DNA of 64,000 nucleotides. Origin: an uncultured delta proteobacterium. Its GTDB lineage: Bacteria > Desulfobacterota > Binatia > UBA9968. A model generated the notes under the pieces. That model was given only the letters and a program-made list of their open reading frames with translations. It was not told the origin of the DNA and made no database searches. Where the stretch lies: the NCBI GenBank assembly GCA_963745035.1, contig CAVUVW010000027.1, positions 256,001 through 320,000 on the forward strand, read 5' to 3'. Position 1 is the first letter of the stretch. Each line of letters starts with the position of its first letter. A program made the translations under genes and the position numbers. Shown one piece after another: positions 52,690 to 64,000 of this stretch.

Positions 52690-53028
52690 CTAAGCCGAAA
52701 AGGATGTGCCGCAGCCGCAAGTGCCGGTGGCGTTGGGATTGGTAAACTTGAAGCCCCCGCCATACAGGCCGCCCACGAAATCGATCACCGTTCCGGCCAA
52801 ATAGGGGGCGCTGCCGTGATCGATGTAGATTCTTACGCCGTCGCGGTCGATCACCATATCGTCGGGGCGCTGCTGATTGTCGAAATCCAGTTTGTAGGAA
52901 TAGCCCGAACACCCGCCGTCGGCGACCGCGATGCGCAGCCCACAGTCCGCGCGTGGATTGCGCGCGATGAGCTTCTTGACCTGCTCTACCGCGCTTTCCG
53001 TCAGGGAAAGATCGAGATTTTGATCCAT
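52690..53028 (-). CDS. A-type Fe-S carrier (ErpA/IscA/HesB family)
   Basis: GGCSGY.Y and F.NPNA..TCGCG.SF motifs. Confidence 0.93.
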   Translation of the reverse strand: MDQNLDLSLTESAVEQVKKLIARNPRADCGLRIAVADGGCSGYSYKLDFDNQQRPDDMVIDRDGVRIYIDHGSAPYLAGTVIDFVGGLYGGGFKFTNPNATGTCGCGTSFSA

Positions 53029-53110
53029 AAAAATACCGCCTCGCTATTGAAAGCGTATTGCTCGATGGCCGACAAGTCAAGCGCGCGGTCCGAGGCTTGG
53101 GCAGCGCAGG

Positions 53111-54037
53111 TCAGCTTTCGAACAATGCGCGGGCGAAGTCTTCGGCATCGAAGGGCTGCAGATCTTCCACCTCTTCGCCGACGCCGACGTACTTGACCGG
53201 CACACCCAGCTCTTCTTGGATGCCGAGGATAACGCCGCCCTTGGCGGTGCCGTCGAGCTTGGTGAGGACGATGCCCGTGATATCAGCGGATTCCTTGAAG
53301 ACGCGCGCTTGCTGGAGGCCGTTTTGGCCGGTGGTGGCGTCCAGCACCAGCAGCGTCTCATGCGGCGCATCGGGCTGTTCGCGGGTGATCACCCGGCGGA
53401 TTTTCTTAAGCTCTTCGATCAAATGGATCTTGGTGTGGAGCCGGCCCGCCGTGTCGATCAGCAGCACGTCGACGCCGCGGCTTTTTGCTGCCTGCATGCC
53501 GTCGAATACCACCGCCGATGGGTCCGCGCCGGCCCGGTGTTTGATGACATCCACGCCGACGCGGCCGGCCCAGGCATCGAGCTGTTCGATCGCCGCGGCG
53601 CGAAATGTGTCGCCGGCGACCAGCAGGACTTTTTTGCCCGCGCCGCGATACTGGGCCGCGAGCTTGCCGATGGTGGTCGTTTTGCCGACGCCGTTGACGC
53701 CGAGAAAAATCACCACCCAGGGACGAGCCGACAAAGGCGCAAGCTTGGGCGCGCCGTCGCGGCTTTGCAGCATCTGCGCCATCGCCGTTTGTAGCCGCGC
53801 GGTCATCTCGTCGGCAAGATCGCCGTTGCCGTTGGGCGCGCGGCGGCGCAGCTCGTCCATCAGCTTGCGACTGGCGGCTACGCCGATATCCGCCGCGATC
53901 AGTGTCTCTTCCATCTGTGCCAGCGAATTCTCGTCCCAGCTCCGGTTCTGGAAAATCGCGCCGATCTTTTCCGTCCAGTCGTCCCGGCTTTTGGTCAAGC
54001 CCTGTTTCAAACGCTGAAAAAACGATCCGCCGCTCAT
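53111..54037 (-). CDS. ftsY: SRP receptor FtsY
   Basis: [25 protein letters not shown] and [10 protein letters not shown] motifs. Confidence 0.96.
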   Translation of the reverse strand: MSGGSFFQRLKQGLTKSRDDWTEKIGAIFQNRSWDENSLAQMEETLIAADIGVAASRKLMDELRRRAPNGNGDLADEMTARLQTAMAQMLQSRDGAPKLAPLSARPWVVIFLGVNGVGKTTTIGKLAAQYRGAGKKVLLVAGDTFRAAAIEQLDAWAGRVGVDVIKHRAGADPSAVVFDGMQAAKSRGVDVLLIDTAGRLHTKIHLIEELKKIRRVITREQPDAPHETLLVLDATTGQNGLQQARVFKESADITGIVLTKLDGTAKGGVILGIQEELGVPVKYVGVGEEVEDLQPFDAEDFARALFES

Positions 54038-54180
54038 GAGGAGGATACTGTTCGATGACGATTGCGGAGTCAACCGCGTGCGAGAAAATTCACGCGCCGG
54101 TCGGGAGCGGCGCGGTTATCCGCGATCTAAACGCGATCGCGGCGCAATTCCTCCGGAGCAAAGACAGCGACCGAGTTCTA

Positions 54181-54250
54181 CGAGGATAGAGATCGAGGAT
54201 GGAAGATCGTCTTTTTCGATCCTCGATCCTCCATCTTCAATCCTCGACCC
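54181..54250. repeat. Inverted array of 7-bp units (GAGGATN ... ATCCTCN)
   Basis: cgaggatagagatcgaggatggaagatc ... gatcctcgatcctccatcttcaatcctcga, immediately after the smc stop. Confidence 0.75.
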
Positions 54251-57200
54251 TAATGCATATAGACGGAGACGACCTTGGAAACTCCAGGCTCCGCCATGGT
54301 GATGCCGTAGAGCACTTCGGCGGCCTGCATGGTTTTCTTGTTGTGGGTGACGAGCACGAACTGCGAATGCTCGCTCAGCTCTTTGACCATCTCGGTGAAG
54401 CGGTCGAGGTTGGCGTCGTCGAGCGGCGCGTCGACCTCGTCGAGAAAGCAGAACGGGCTGGGCTTGGTGAGAAAAATGGCGAACAAGAGGCTCACGGCGG
54501 TGAGCGCTTTTTCGCCGCCCGAAAGCAGCGTAATCGATTGCAGCTTTTTGCCCGGCGGCTGCACGATGATGTCGACACCGGTTTCCAAAAAATCGTTCTC
54601 GTCGGTGAGCACGAGCTTGGCCTTGCCGCCGCGAAACAGCCGGGGAAAGATCGCTTCGAACTTTTCGTTGATGGCGTCGAAGCTTTCTTTGAAACGCAGG
54701 CGGCAGATCCGGTTGAGCTTGACGATAGTCTGCTGCAAGTCGGCGATGGCGCGCTCCAAATCCTCTTTCTGCCGGCTCATGAAGCCGAAGCGCTCGGTCA
54801 GCTCCTCGTACTCGCCGATGGCCGCGAGATTCACTTCGCCCATGCGCTCCAAGCGGCCGCGCAGATCGTCGATTGCGGCCGTGAGCTCGGCTTGGGACGG
54901 CGAATTCTCCGGGCAGGCGAGCGCTTCCAGCGCGACGTCGTATTTTTCTCGCAAATTGGCCGCCAGATGCTGCAACTCGAGGCGCTGCTCGGCGAGCGCC
55001 AACTGAATGCGGCTTTTGTCTTCCTGGCAAGCTTCCACTTGCGGGCGCAGTTCTTTGATGGTCTCGCCGATCTCGGCCAGACGCATGGAAATCTCGCGGT
55101 ATTTCCGCCGGTCGGCCTGGAGCCGCTCTTCCATCCGTTCGAGCGCGCCGCGATTGTCGTCGAGCGCCGCGCAGCACTGCGCCAAAGCTTGCTCGGTGTC
55201 GCGACGGCGCTGCTGGAAGTCGGCAATCTGACCCTGCCGCGCGGCGATTTCCCGAGCGGATTCTTCCTGGAGCTTGAGCCGGTCGGCCAGATTGGTGCGG
55301 GTGTTTTCGCGTTTTTCGCTCAGAGCCGCGTTGCGCACACGCGATTGCGTGACCGCGCCGTCGGCCGCCTGCAGCGATCCGCCAAGCTCTGCAAGCTCGG
55401 CCTGCTTTTGCGCCAGCGTCTGTTCGCGCGCGGCTTTTTCTTGCGCGCATGATTGCCCGCGCGCGCGGCAGCTTGCCGTTTCTTCATCGAGAAGCTCGAC
55501 GGCGGCGGTGAGATCGCTTTGTTCCTGGCCGAGGATGTGCGCGGTTTGCCCCAGCCGTTCGCACGCCTGAACGGCGGCGCGATGTTCGTGCTCCAAGCGC
55601 ACCTTTTCGAGCTCCAGCCGATGGATCTCGGCGCCGAGAACGACTTTTTTGGTTTCGGCTTGTTCGACTTCGTGCTTGAGTTTGTCGCCTTCCCGCTCTT
55701 CGCCGGAGAGCTGGGCTTCGCGCTCGGCGAGAACCGCGTTCAGCTCGCGAATGCGGCGGCGCTGCGCTAGAAAGCTCCCTTCGAGCGACGCGCCGCTGCC
55801 GCCGGTAACGGTGCCGACCTGATCGATAACTTCGCCTTCGGGCGTCACCAGGGTGCTGTGATAGCCGTTGCGGTTCCACAGCGACAGGCCCGCTTGCAGA
55901 TCTTGCACGAGCACCACGTCGGCGAGCAGATACTCGGCGATGTCGCGATAGCCGTCTTTGATGGAAATCATGTCCATCAGCGGCGCAATCACCTCGGTCT
56001 CTCCCAACGGCAGTTCATTGGTCGGTTTACGCGACTGTTCGAGGGGAATGAAGCTGCCGCGGCCCGACGCCTGGCTCTTGAGAAATTCGATCGCCTCCAG
56101 ACCTTCCTGGTGGCTCTTGACGATCACGTACTGGAGCCGGTCGCCGAGCACGGCGGTCAGCGCTTTTTCATAGTGCTCCGGCGCTTCCAGGACCTCGGCG
56201 ACCAGACCATGAATACCGTTGGGCGCCGCTTCCTGCTGCTTTTTGAGCATGATCGCGCGCACGCCCTCCTGGTAGCCTTCGTAGTTCTTTTGCAGCTCTT
56301 CGAAGGACAAGAGGCGCGAGCGGTTTTCCTGAATCTGTTCTTTGAGCGCGGCGATCTTGGCTTCCTGCTCTTCGCGGCTCCTGCTCAAGCTTTGCAGCGC
56401 CGCGCTCGCCTGAGCGGCCTCGATGGCGCGCTCGCGCGCCTGGCTCGGCGCAGGCGGTCAAGGCGCGAGCGCCCGCGCCTCGGGCTTCCTCGCAGGCGGC
56501 GAGCTCGGTCGAGACCTGGGCCAGCTCCTCGCGGCTACGCGCCAGCTCGGCAGAGATCTCTCCATGGCGCCGTTCTTTGGCGAGCGCCTCGTTGTTTAAA
56601 TTCGCAATCTGGTTGGCGGCGTCGATCAGCGCCGCCTTCTCCTGATCGACCTCGGTCTGGAGCGCGCGCATGCGCGCCTGCAGCGCCGCAAGCTCGCTTT
56701 CTTTGTCGCGCAGAAAGGACTCTTCGAAGAGCGAAAGCTGGATGAAGCTTTCCTTGGCGCTGTGGAGCTCGGCCACTTCCTGGGCGAGCATCTGGGTGCG
56801 CGCTTCAAGCTGGGCCAGTGCAGCGCGCGTTTCGCCCTCGGCCTGCTCCAGTTGAGCCAAATCCTTGTTGAGAAACTCGCGCCGCTGCTCGTCGCTCTGA
56901 ATCGCCGCGCGGCGCTGGTACACGTTTTCCTGCTGCGTGCCGAGCTCGCGCTCGGCTTCGAGCAAAGCCAGCCGGACCGATTCACTTTCCGCCTCTTGGC
57001 CGTGCAGCGAGGCGAGGCGCTCCGCCAAGCGATTCTCGACGCCGGCGAGCTCGCTTTCCTGGCGCGCGATTTCTCCTGTGAAGGCTTCGCGCTGCAAAAA
57101 ACTCCCGGCAAGTTCTTTTTCTTTGAGCTCGGCCTTGAGCGCGCGATAACGTTCGGCCTTCTTGGCCTGCAATTCCATGGACCGAATCTGGCGCTCGATC

Positions 57201-57799
57201 TCGCGCACGATGTCGTTCAGGCGCAAGAGGTTTTGCTGAGTGCGTTCGAGCTTCTTTTCGGCGACGATCTTGCGGCTCTTGTACTTGCTCGTGCCGGCGG
57301 CTTCTTCGATCAAGCCGCGCCGTTCCTCGGGTTTGGCATTGACCAGCTCATCGACTTTGCCCTGCTCGACGATCGAGTAGGCCTTGCTGCCGACGCCGGT
57401 TCCTAAAAAAAGCTCGACCACGTCTTTTAGCCGACAATTTACCTTGTTGATCGCATACTCCGATTCGCCGGAGCGAAACAGCCGTCGCGTTACCATGATC
57501 TCGCTGAAGTTGGCGTACTCGGCGGGACCGCGGCCGTCTTCGTTGTCAAAGATAATCGAGACTTCGGCCATGCCGGTGGCTGGCAGGCTGTCACTGCCGT
57601 TGAACACCACGTCTTCCATCTGATGGCCGCGCAGGTGCCGGGCGCTCTGCTCGCCCATCGCCCAACGCAGGGCGTCGACGATGTTGGACTTGCCGCAGCC
57701 GTTGGGTCCCACCACTGCGGTGATACCGGGGTTCATCTCCACGACGGTGCGCTGAGCAAAGGATTTGAAGCCGATCATCTCAAGGCGTTTTAAACGCAT
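54250..57799 (-). CDS. smc: Chromosome segregation protein SMC, frameshift near 56450
   Basis: [14 protein letters not shown], coiled coils, hinge (GRGSFIP, GGS), LSGGEK and LDEVDAPLD motifs. Confidence 0.96.
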
Positions 57800-57890
57800 A
57801 GAAGCTCTATATTATGGAACTTTTTGGCACTTCTGGGCGGCGATTTGCTCCCCATACTTCCACAGGTGAACCGAGCTGTCAAGGACAAAA

Positions 57891-57937
57891 TCACAATATG
57901 CGGGGGAGTAGAAATTGGCTACCGCAAGATATGGGCT
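57891..57937. promoter_or_regulatory. Tandem NrdR-box-like motifs upstream of smc
   Basis: TCACAATATGCGGGGG (57891) and CCGCAAGATATGGGCT (57922), 31 bp apart, next to a minus-strand TTGACA near 57880. Confidence 0.5.
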
Positions 57938-58038
57938 GAGGCGTCTGATGCGCCGAGCCAGCACGACCAGAGCCCCTTTTGTCCGGCTCTTATGTCCCCG
58001 GCAACCCCGCCGGTGACTGCCGGATGGCAGTTATAAAA

Positions 58039-58671
58039 CTACATTTCAAGAAGCTCGGTGTTCCAGTAGGACACGTCGACGGTGTTGAGGAAGGGCATCC
58101 ACTCTTTGTAGCGCGACATGCTGAAGGTTTCCTGCATGAACGGCGTCCATTGCGGCTTTAGCGGCCTGCGCACGAGCGGCATGCTCGCCTGAATGGGCGT
58201 CCTGCCGCCTTTGCGCCGATTGCAAACATGGCAGGAGCATACGACGTTTTCCCAGGTCGAAGTGCCGCCTTGCGAGCGCGGGATGACATGATCCAGGTTG
58301 AGTTCCTGGCGCGGCAGGCGGCGGCCGCAGTATTGGCACGTGCACTTGTCGCGCGCGTAGATGTTGTACCGGCTGAAGCGCACTTGGCGTTTGGGCACGC
58401 GGTCATAGCTCACCAGTAAAATCACGCGCGGCACCCGGATTACGCGATTGACCAGTCCAATGGTCTCGTCGTGGGCGGAGAGCGAGAGATCGCTCCAGCT
58501 CTCAAAGTCGAAAGTCTGGTATTGTTCGTTGACCGCCTTGGCGATTCCCTGGTAGAGCAGCACAAAGCCGCGGCGCACGGAAGTGACGTGGATCGGCAGA
58601 TAGGAGCGATTGAGGATCAGGACTTTGGTGTTGAGGATACCGTACGCGGGCACTGTGGCCGGATAACTCAT
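58039..58671 (-). CDS. HNH endonuclease (McrA-like family)
   Basis: VLILN.SY.P, VPRVI.L, RD..TCQYCG, LDHV.PRS.GG...WEN.V..C..CN..KG motifs. Confidence 0.92.
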   Translation of the reverse strand: MSYPATVPAYGILNTKVLILNRSYLPIHVTSVRRGFVLLYQGIAKAVNEQYQTFDFESWSDLSLSAHDETIGLVNRVIRVPRVILLVSYDRVPKRQVRFSRYNIYARDKCTCQYCGRRLPRQELNLDHVIPRSQGGTSTWENVVCSCHVCNRRKGGRTPIQASMPLVRRPLKPQWTPFMQETFSMSRYKEWMPFLNTVDVSYWNTELLEM

Positions 58672-58907
58672 AGGCTTTCAATACTTTTTCTTGGAATCCC
58701 GGGGGTCATGGGTACTTCCGTAAAAGTAGCGGGCCGCGCCGTGGTTGTCAATTCGCGCGGCAGCCCCGCGCGTCGCCCTTGCTTGAAGTGGATCATAAAT
58801 TCCACTATAAACACAGCTAATTCGTGCGTGTTTCCAGCGGCTCACCGCGCCACCCCGTGGCTCCTTCTCACATACTCCCGCCGTTTTAAGCCGAGTTTAG
58901 CGATTCT

Positions 58908-60419
58908 ATGAAGCAAGAAATTTATATAAGTTCGACGCCCCAAGAAAGCCGCATCGCCCTCATGGAGGACGGTCTGTTGGCCGAGTTTCTGATCGAGAGA
59001 AAGGAAGAGATGGGCGTCGCCGGAAATATTTACAAAGGCAAGGTGGCCCGGGTGCTGCCCGGCATGCAGGCTGCCTTCGTCGAAATAGGCATGGAAAAAG
59101 CCGGGTTTCTTCACGCGTCGGACTTTTCCAGTGAGCCCGAAGACGCGCAGCTGTTGACCGCGGGGGACGAGGTCGAGTTTGCCGAGCCGCCGCCGAGGCC
59201 GCAATCTTCGCGCCGTCTGCCGCTCGAAAAGCAAATCTCGCGAGGCGAAGAAGTTCTCGTTCAAGTCGCCAAAGATCCTCTCGGAACCAAAGGCGCAAGG
59301 GTGACCTCGCACGTGTCGCTGCCGGGCCGCTACATGGTCTTCATGCCGGGAACGAAGCACATCGGCATTTCCCGCCGGATCGAGAGCGAGGAGGAGCGCA
59401 AGCGGCTGAAAGAAATCGCCCAATCGTTGAGAAATGAAAGCGGCGGGTTTATCTTGCGCACCGCCTGCGAAGGGCGCAGCAAGCGCGAGCTGCAGCGCGA
59501 TCTCGCCTTTCTCACCCGGTTGTGGAAAGGCATCCAGAAGAAAGCTCAGAGCGCCGCCGCGCCGGCGCTGATTCATCAAGATCTCGATCTTATCACCCGG
59601 GCGATTCGGGATTTCTTCTCCAACGACACGGAGCGGGTGGTAATCGACTCGCCCAAGGACCACCGGCGTGTTCTCGATTTCGTACGCCACTTCATGCCGC
59701 GGCTGACCTCGAAGATCGTCGCCTATACCGCCAAGGAGCCGCTATTCGAGCAGCAAGGCATCGAGGAGAAAGTCGTCAAGGCTTTGGATCGCCGGGTTTG
59801 GCTGCGCTCGGGCGGTTATATCATCATCGAACGGACCGAAGCGCTCACCGCGGTGGACGTCAATACCGGCCGGTTCGTCGGCAAGCGCAGTCAGGAAGAG
59901 ACAATATTCAAAACCAATCTCGAGGCCACCCAGGAGGTCGTGCGCCAGCTGCGCCTGCGAAACGTCGGCGGGATCATCATCATCGATTTCATCGATATGG
60001 AAAAGGAGGGCAACCGGAAAAAGGTTTATGACGCCCTCAAAGAGGCGCTCAAAAAAGACAAGGCGCGCACCAACATTCTAAAAATCTCCGAGCTCGGGCT
60101 GGTCGAAATGACCCGCCAGCGCACGCGCGAGAGTCTGGAGAATCAGCTACTGCGCCCCTGCCCGCACTGCGACGGCCGGGGACGGATCAAATCCGCGGCG
60201 ACGGTCGCCTACGACGTTTTGCGCGCGATCAAGCGTCAGCAGGGGCAAATGGAAAACGGCAAAAATATCGTCATCCGTCTCCACCCCGACATCGCCAATT
60301 TTCTCTATGACGAGAAAAACAACAGCCTGGAAAATCTCGAGCGCGAGATCAACCACCGGATCATCATCAAGGCCAGCCACGAACTGCACCACGAGAAATA
60401 TGAAATCGCCGAGGCGTAG
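58908..60419 (+). CDS. rng: Rne/Rng family ribonuclease (RNase G-sized)
   Basis: GNIYKG.V.RVLPGMQAAFV, KGAR.T, DVNTG, QLRLRN.GGII.IDFIDM and CPHC motifs. Confidence 0.93.
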   Translation: MKQEIYISSTPQESRIALMEDGLLAEFLIERKEEMGVAGNIYKGKVARVLPGMQAAFVEIGMEKAGFLHASDFSSEPEDAQLLTAGDEVEFAEPPPRPQSSRRLPLEKQISRGEEVLVQVAKDPLGTKGARVTSHVSLPGRYMVFMPGTKHIGISRRIESEEERKRLKEIAQSLRNESGGFILRTACEGRSKRELQRDLAFLTRLWKGIQKKAQSAAAPALIHQDLDLITRAIRDFFSNDTERVVIDSPKDHRRVLDFVRHFMPRLTSKIVAYTAKEPLFEQQGIEEKVVKALDRRVWLRSGGYIIIERTEALTAVDVNTGRFVGKRSQEETIFKTNLEATQEVVRQLRLRNVGGIIIIDFIDMEKEGNRKKVYDALKEALKKDKARTNILKISELGLVEMTRQRTRESLENQLLRPCPHCDGRGRIKSAATVAYDVLRAIKRQQGQMENGKNIVIRLHPDIANFLYDEKNNSLENLEREINHRIIIKASHELHHEKYEIAEA

Positions 60420-60421
60420 GC

Positions 60422-61069
60422 TCAACTCTTCGGCCATGCATGAATGTCGGCGTCGCGCCTGAGCTTCTTCGGATCGTAAGTTTCCCAGTGGGTGAACGCG
60501 GCCGAGCTGCGTCTTGGCTTGGCCTTGGGCCAGCTCCGCGCGTGGCCGATCGGCACCACCCACAGAAGGCGCAGCTCCGGCGGCACCTGAAACATTTCTC
60601 TTAGTTCCGGCTCGACTTCTTCGCGCACCGAGACCCAGACCGTGCCGAGATTCATGCTCGCCGCCGCGAGCATCATCTGCTGCACCGCGTTGGCGATGCT
60701 CGCCTGAAAAAGTTTCTCGCGATCGGCGGCTTGGCGGGTGGTCAAGTAAACCTGTTTGGTGCGCGCGTCGCCGCACACCACCACCAGCACGCTCACGTCG
60801 CCGACGTAGTCTTTCTTAAGCCCTTTGTAGTGGACCGGATCTTCGAGTTTTCGCTGCTTCCATTCGTTGGAGTAAATCTGGCGCACCCGGGTCATCTTCT
60901 TGCGATCGCGGGTGACGACGAATTCCCACGGCTGGGTGTTGGCGCCGGAAGGCGCCCAGCGCGCGGCTTCGAGAATCGCCTCCAGTTGTTTGTCCGATAC
61001 TTTGCCGGTTTTATAAACCCGCACGCTGCGGCGAGTGCGGATGATGCTCAACAGTTGGTCAGTTTTCAT
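60422..61069 (-). CDS. Nitroreductase family protein
   Basis: RRSVR.Y, AARWAPSGANTQPW and LGTVW motifs. Confidence 0.9.
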   Translation of the reverse strand: MKTDQLLSIIRTRRSVRVYKTGKVSDKQLEAILEAARWAPSGANTQPWEFVVTRDRKKMTRVRQIYSNEWKQRKLEDPVHYKGLKKDYVGDVSVLVVVCGDARTKQVYLTTRQAADREKLFQASIANAVQQMMLAAASMNLGTVWVSVREEVEPELREMFQVPPELRLLWVVPIGHARSWPKAKPRRSSAAFTHWETYDPKKLRRDADIHAWPKS

Positions 61070-61375
61070 GACGATCTTCCTCATGTTCGTGTACGTTGAC
61101 CTGAGACAGGTGGCTTCTCTATAACAGCAACGCGTGGGCTCCTCCAACCGGTAAGGGTGTTTGTGCGCCGAAAACGCGTAATGAAGCGCACCAGCGATGC
61201 GGCCAAATTCCGGATCGAGAGCAAAGAGAGGGATCGGCAAAATAGCCGTTGACTCAAGTGGGGTGAATAGGTAGGTATGCTTTGGTTTTAATGCCTGACA
61301 TAGTCCACCTATTTCCCGATGGGTTAGATCGGAGGAAGGTCTGGTACTCTCTGACGCAAAGCGAGGCGAGCAGCG

Positions 61376-62530
<1,155 letters not shown>

Positions 62531-62557
62531 CCGTAGTTTTCTGCACGAGCTGCGAAT

Positions 62558-62648
62558 GATCCTCGCTACCGCTCGGAATGACAACTAAAATAAACCGTCT
62601 GTCATCTCGAACCCTCGAAATACTCAGGATAAACTCCGTGAGAGATCT
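62558..62648. repeat. REP-like elements, family A related
   Basis: GATCCTCGCTACCGCTCGGAATGACA and TGTCATCTCGAACC..CTCAGGATAAACTCCGTGAGAGATCT. Confidence 0.55.
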
Positions 62649-62689
62649 TCCCAAAATGAAAACGACGCAGATTTCTGAGAGGATTGACG

Positions 62690-64000
62690 ATGGAAGCGGT
62701 ACTGAGAATGCCTCGCCAGTTCGTGATCCGCTTGCGCACATCGCCGCTCTTGTTGGCCCTGGCCGCGGCGCCGATGCTGGTCATTCTCATTCTGGTCGCG
62801 GCGCTCATCTGGATCAGCTTCCAGACCGGCGTCGTCGGGACGCCCAAGGCGATTTACACGGTAAAGAACTATCGCCGAGATTCTCGGCGATCCGTTCGTC
62901 CTCAAAGTCTTTTGGAATACGCTGATTTTTACTCTGGCTACGACTTTTACCGCGCTCGCCTTCGGGCTGCCGATCGCCTGGTTGACCGAGCGCACCACCA
63001 TGCCGGGTAAAGGTCTTGTCTATACGATTATGACCTTGGGACTCCTCATCCCGGGAATTTACACGGCGATGGGCTGGACGTTCATCGCCCACGTGCGCAT
63101 CGGGTTATCTGAATCGATGGCTCATGGACGTCATTCGCGCTCGAACAGGGACCGATCAATATCGCCACGCCGGTGGGCATGGGACTCGTGCAGGGGCTCA
63201 ATTTGACGGCGCTGGCATTCATTCTGACCGCGCAAATGTTTCGCGCCATGAATCCATCGCTCGAAGAGGCCGCCAAAATTCACGGCATGAGCTTTGCCGG
63301 CACCGTGCGAAGGATCACCTTGCCGCTGGCGTTCCCGGCAATTCTGGCGGCGTTCATCTACATGCTGACCATCGGAATCGCGACTTTTGACGTCCCGGCG
63401 ATCATCGGTCTCGGCAATCGCATCTACATGCTCAGCACCTACGTCTATTTGAAAGCCAATCCGCCGGACAGCGGTTTGCCGCAGCACGGCGTCACGGCCG
63501 CCTTGGGCACGGTGATGATTCTACTCGCGCTCCTGCTTACTTGGTGGTACAGCCAGGTGCTCAGGCAGGGTCATCGTTACGAAGTGATCACAGGCAAAGG
63601 TTACCGGCCTACTTTGATCCATATCGGCCGCTGGTCCGTGCTTGCCTGGGGACTGATCGCGCTCTATTTTCTCGCCACCAAATTGATTCCGCTCTTGCTG
63701 ATCGCCTACGCCGCCTTTACGCCGTACCTGGCGCCGCCGTCGTGGGAAATGCTGGGCAAGCTTTCGCTCGCCGGCTTTCATAACCTCAATTGGGATCTCT
63801 TCTGGCGCGGGCTTTACAACACCGTGCTGCTCGTGGTCACGGTGCCGCTCATCACGTTGGTACTGGCGTTCTGCATTTCCTGGCTGATCGTGCGCTCGCA
63901 CAGCCGCATGCGCTACGTCCTGGAATTCGGCGCGTTCCTGCCGCACGCGCTGCCGGAAGTAATCATGGCGATCGGCGCGCTGCTGCTGGCGCTGTTCGTT
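62690..64000 (+). CDS. ABC transporter permease (FbpB/ThiP-like), frameshifted, runs off window
   Basis: AWLTERTTMPG, EAA loop MNPSLEEAAKIHG, ITLPL..P, FDVP..IG and Y.VITGKGYRP motifs; many TM segments. Confidence 0.85.

Noticed and set aside
52349-53080. 243-aa ORF spanning the Fe-S carrier gene
   Set aside because: Its N-terminal part is an off-frame read of the Fe-S carrier gene; only the last ~85 aa are a real oxidoreductase fragment.
56168-57799. Naturally split smc
   Set aside because: A single frameshift in the coiled coil, in an assembly with many indels; both halves are intact and contiguous.
58680-58907. Possible ncRNA or riboswitch in the HNH-rng intergenic region (also checked 61070-61375)
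   Set aside because: No motif of SRP RNA, 6S, tmRNA or a known riboswitch could be recognised by eye; an Rfam scan would be needed.

Overview
High-GC bacterial chromosomal window. Gene content (many orphan ABC and Bug-type solute-binding proteins, amidohydrolase, LLM, a DUF507 pair, dapL, TrmD-SPOUT fusion) suggests a deltaproteobacterium, probably Candidatus Binatia; this is an inference. At least a dozen genes carry 1-nt frameshifts, including conserved housekeeping genes (smc, the groEL tail), so these are most likely long-read indel errors rather than pseudogenes. The left half (1-33 kb) is accessory. It holds an OmpR-type two-component system followed by GT9 and ArnT-like envelope-modification genes, and a LysR-headed catabolic cluster of about 12 kb: solute-binding proteins, two dihydroxyphthalate-decarboxylase-like proteins, LLM, BNR propeller, Cys-less thiolase plus DUF35, ADP-forming acyl-CoA ligase and an MLE-type enolase. 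It also holds a Tat aldo-keto reductase/NTT-like transporter pair and several hydrolases. The right half (33-61 kb) is core genome: rarA, rplS-trmD-rimM-khpA-rpsP-ffh, groESL, a peptidoglycan-recycling trio, folK, dapL, tRNA-fMet, aspC, coaD, rsmD, an erpA/iscA-type gene, ftsY, smc, an HNH nuclease and rng. An ABC importer runs off the right end. Non-coding signals include a DnaA-box cluster at about 42.2-42.45 kb, tandem NrdR-box-like motifs upstream of smc, a non-CIRCE palindrome in the groES promoter and several REP-like repeat families. No CRISPR array, rRNA, transposase or prophage was seen.
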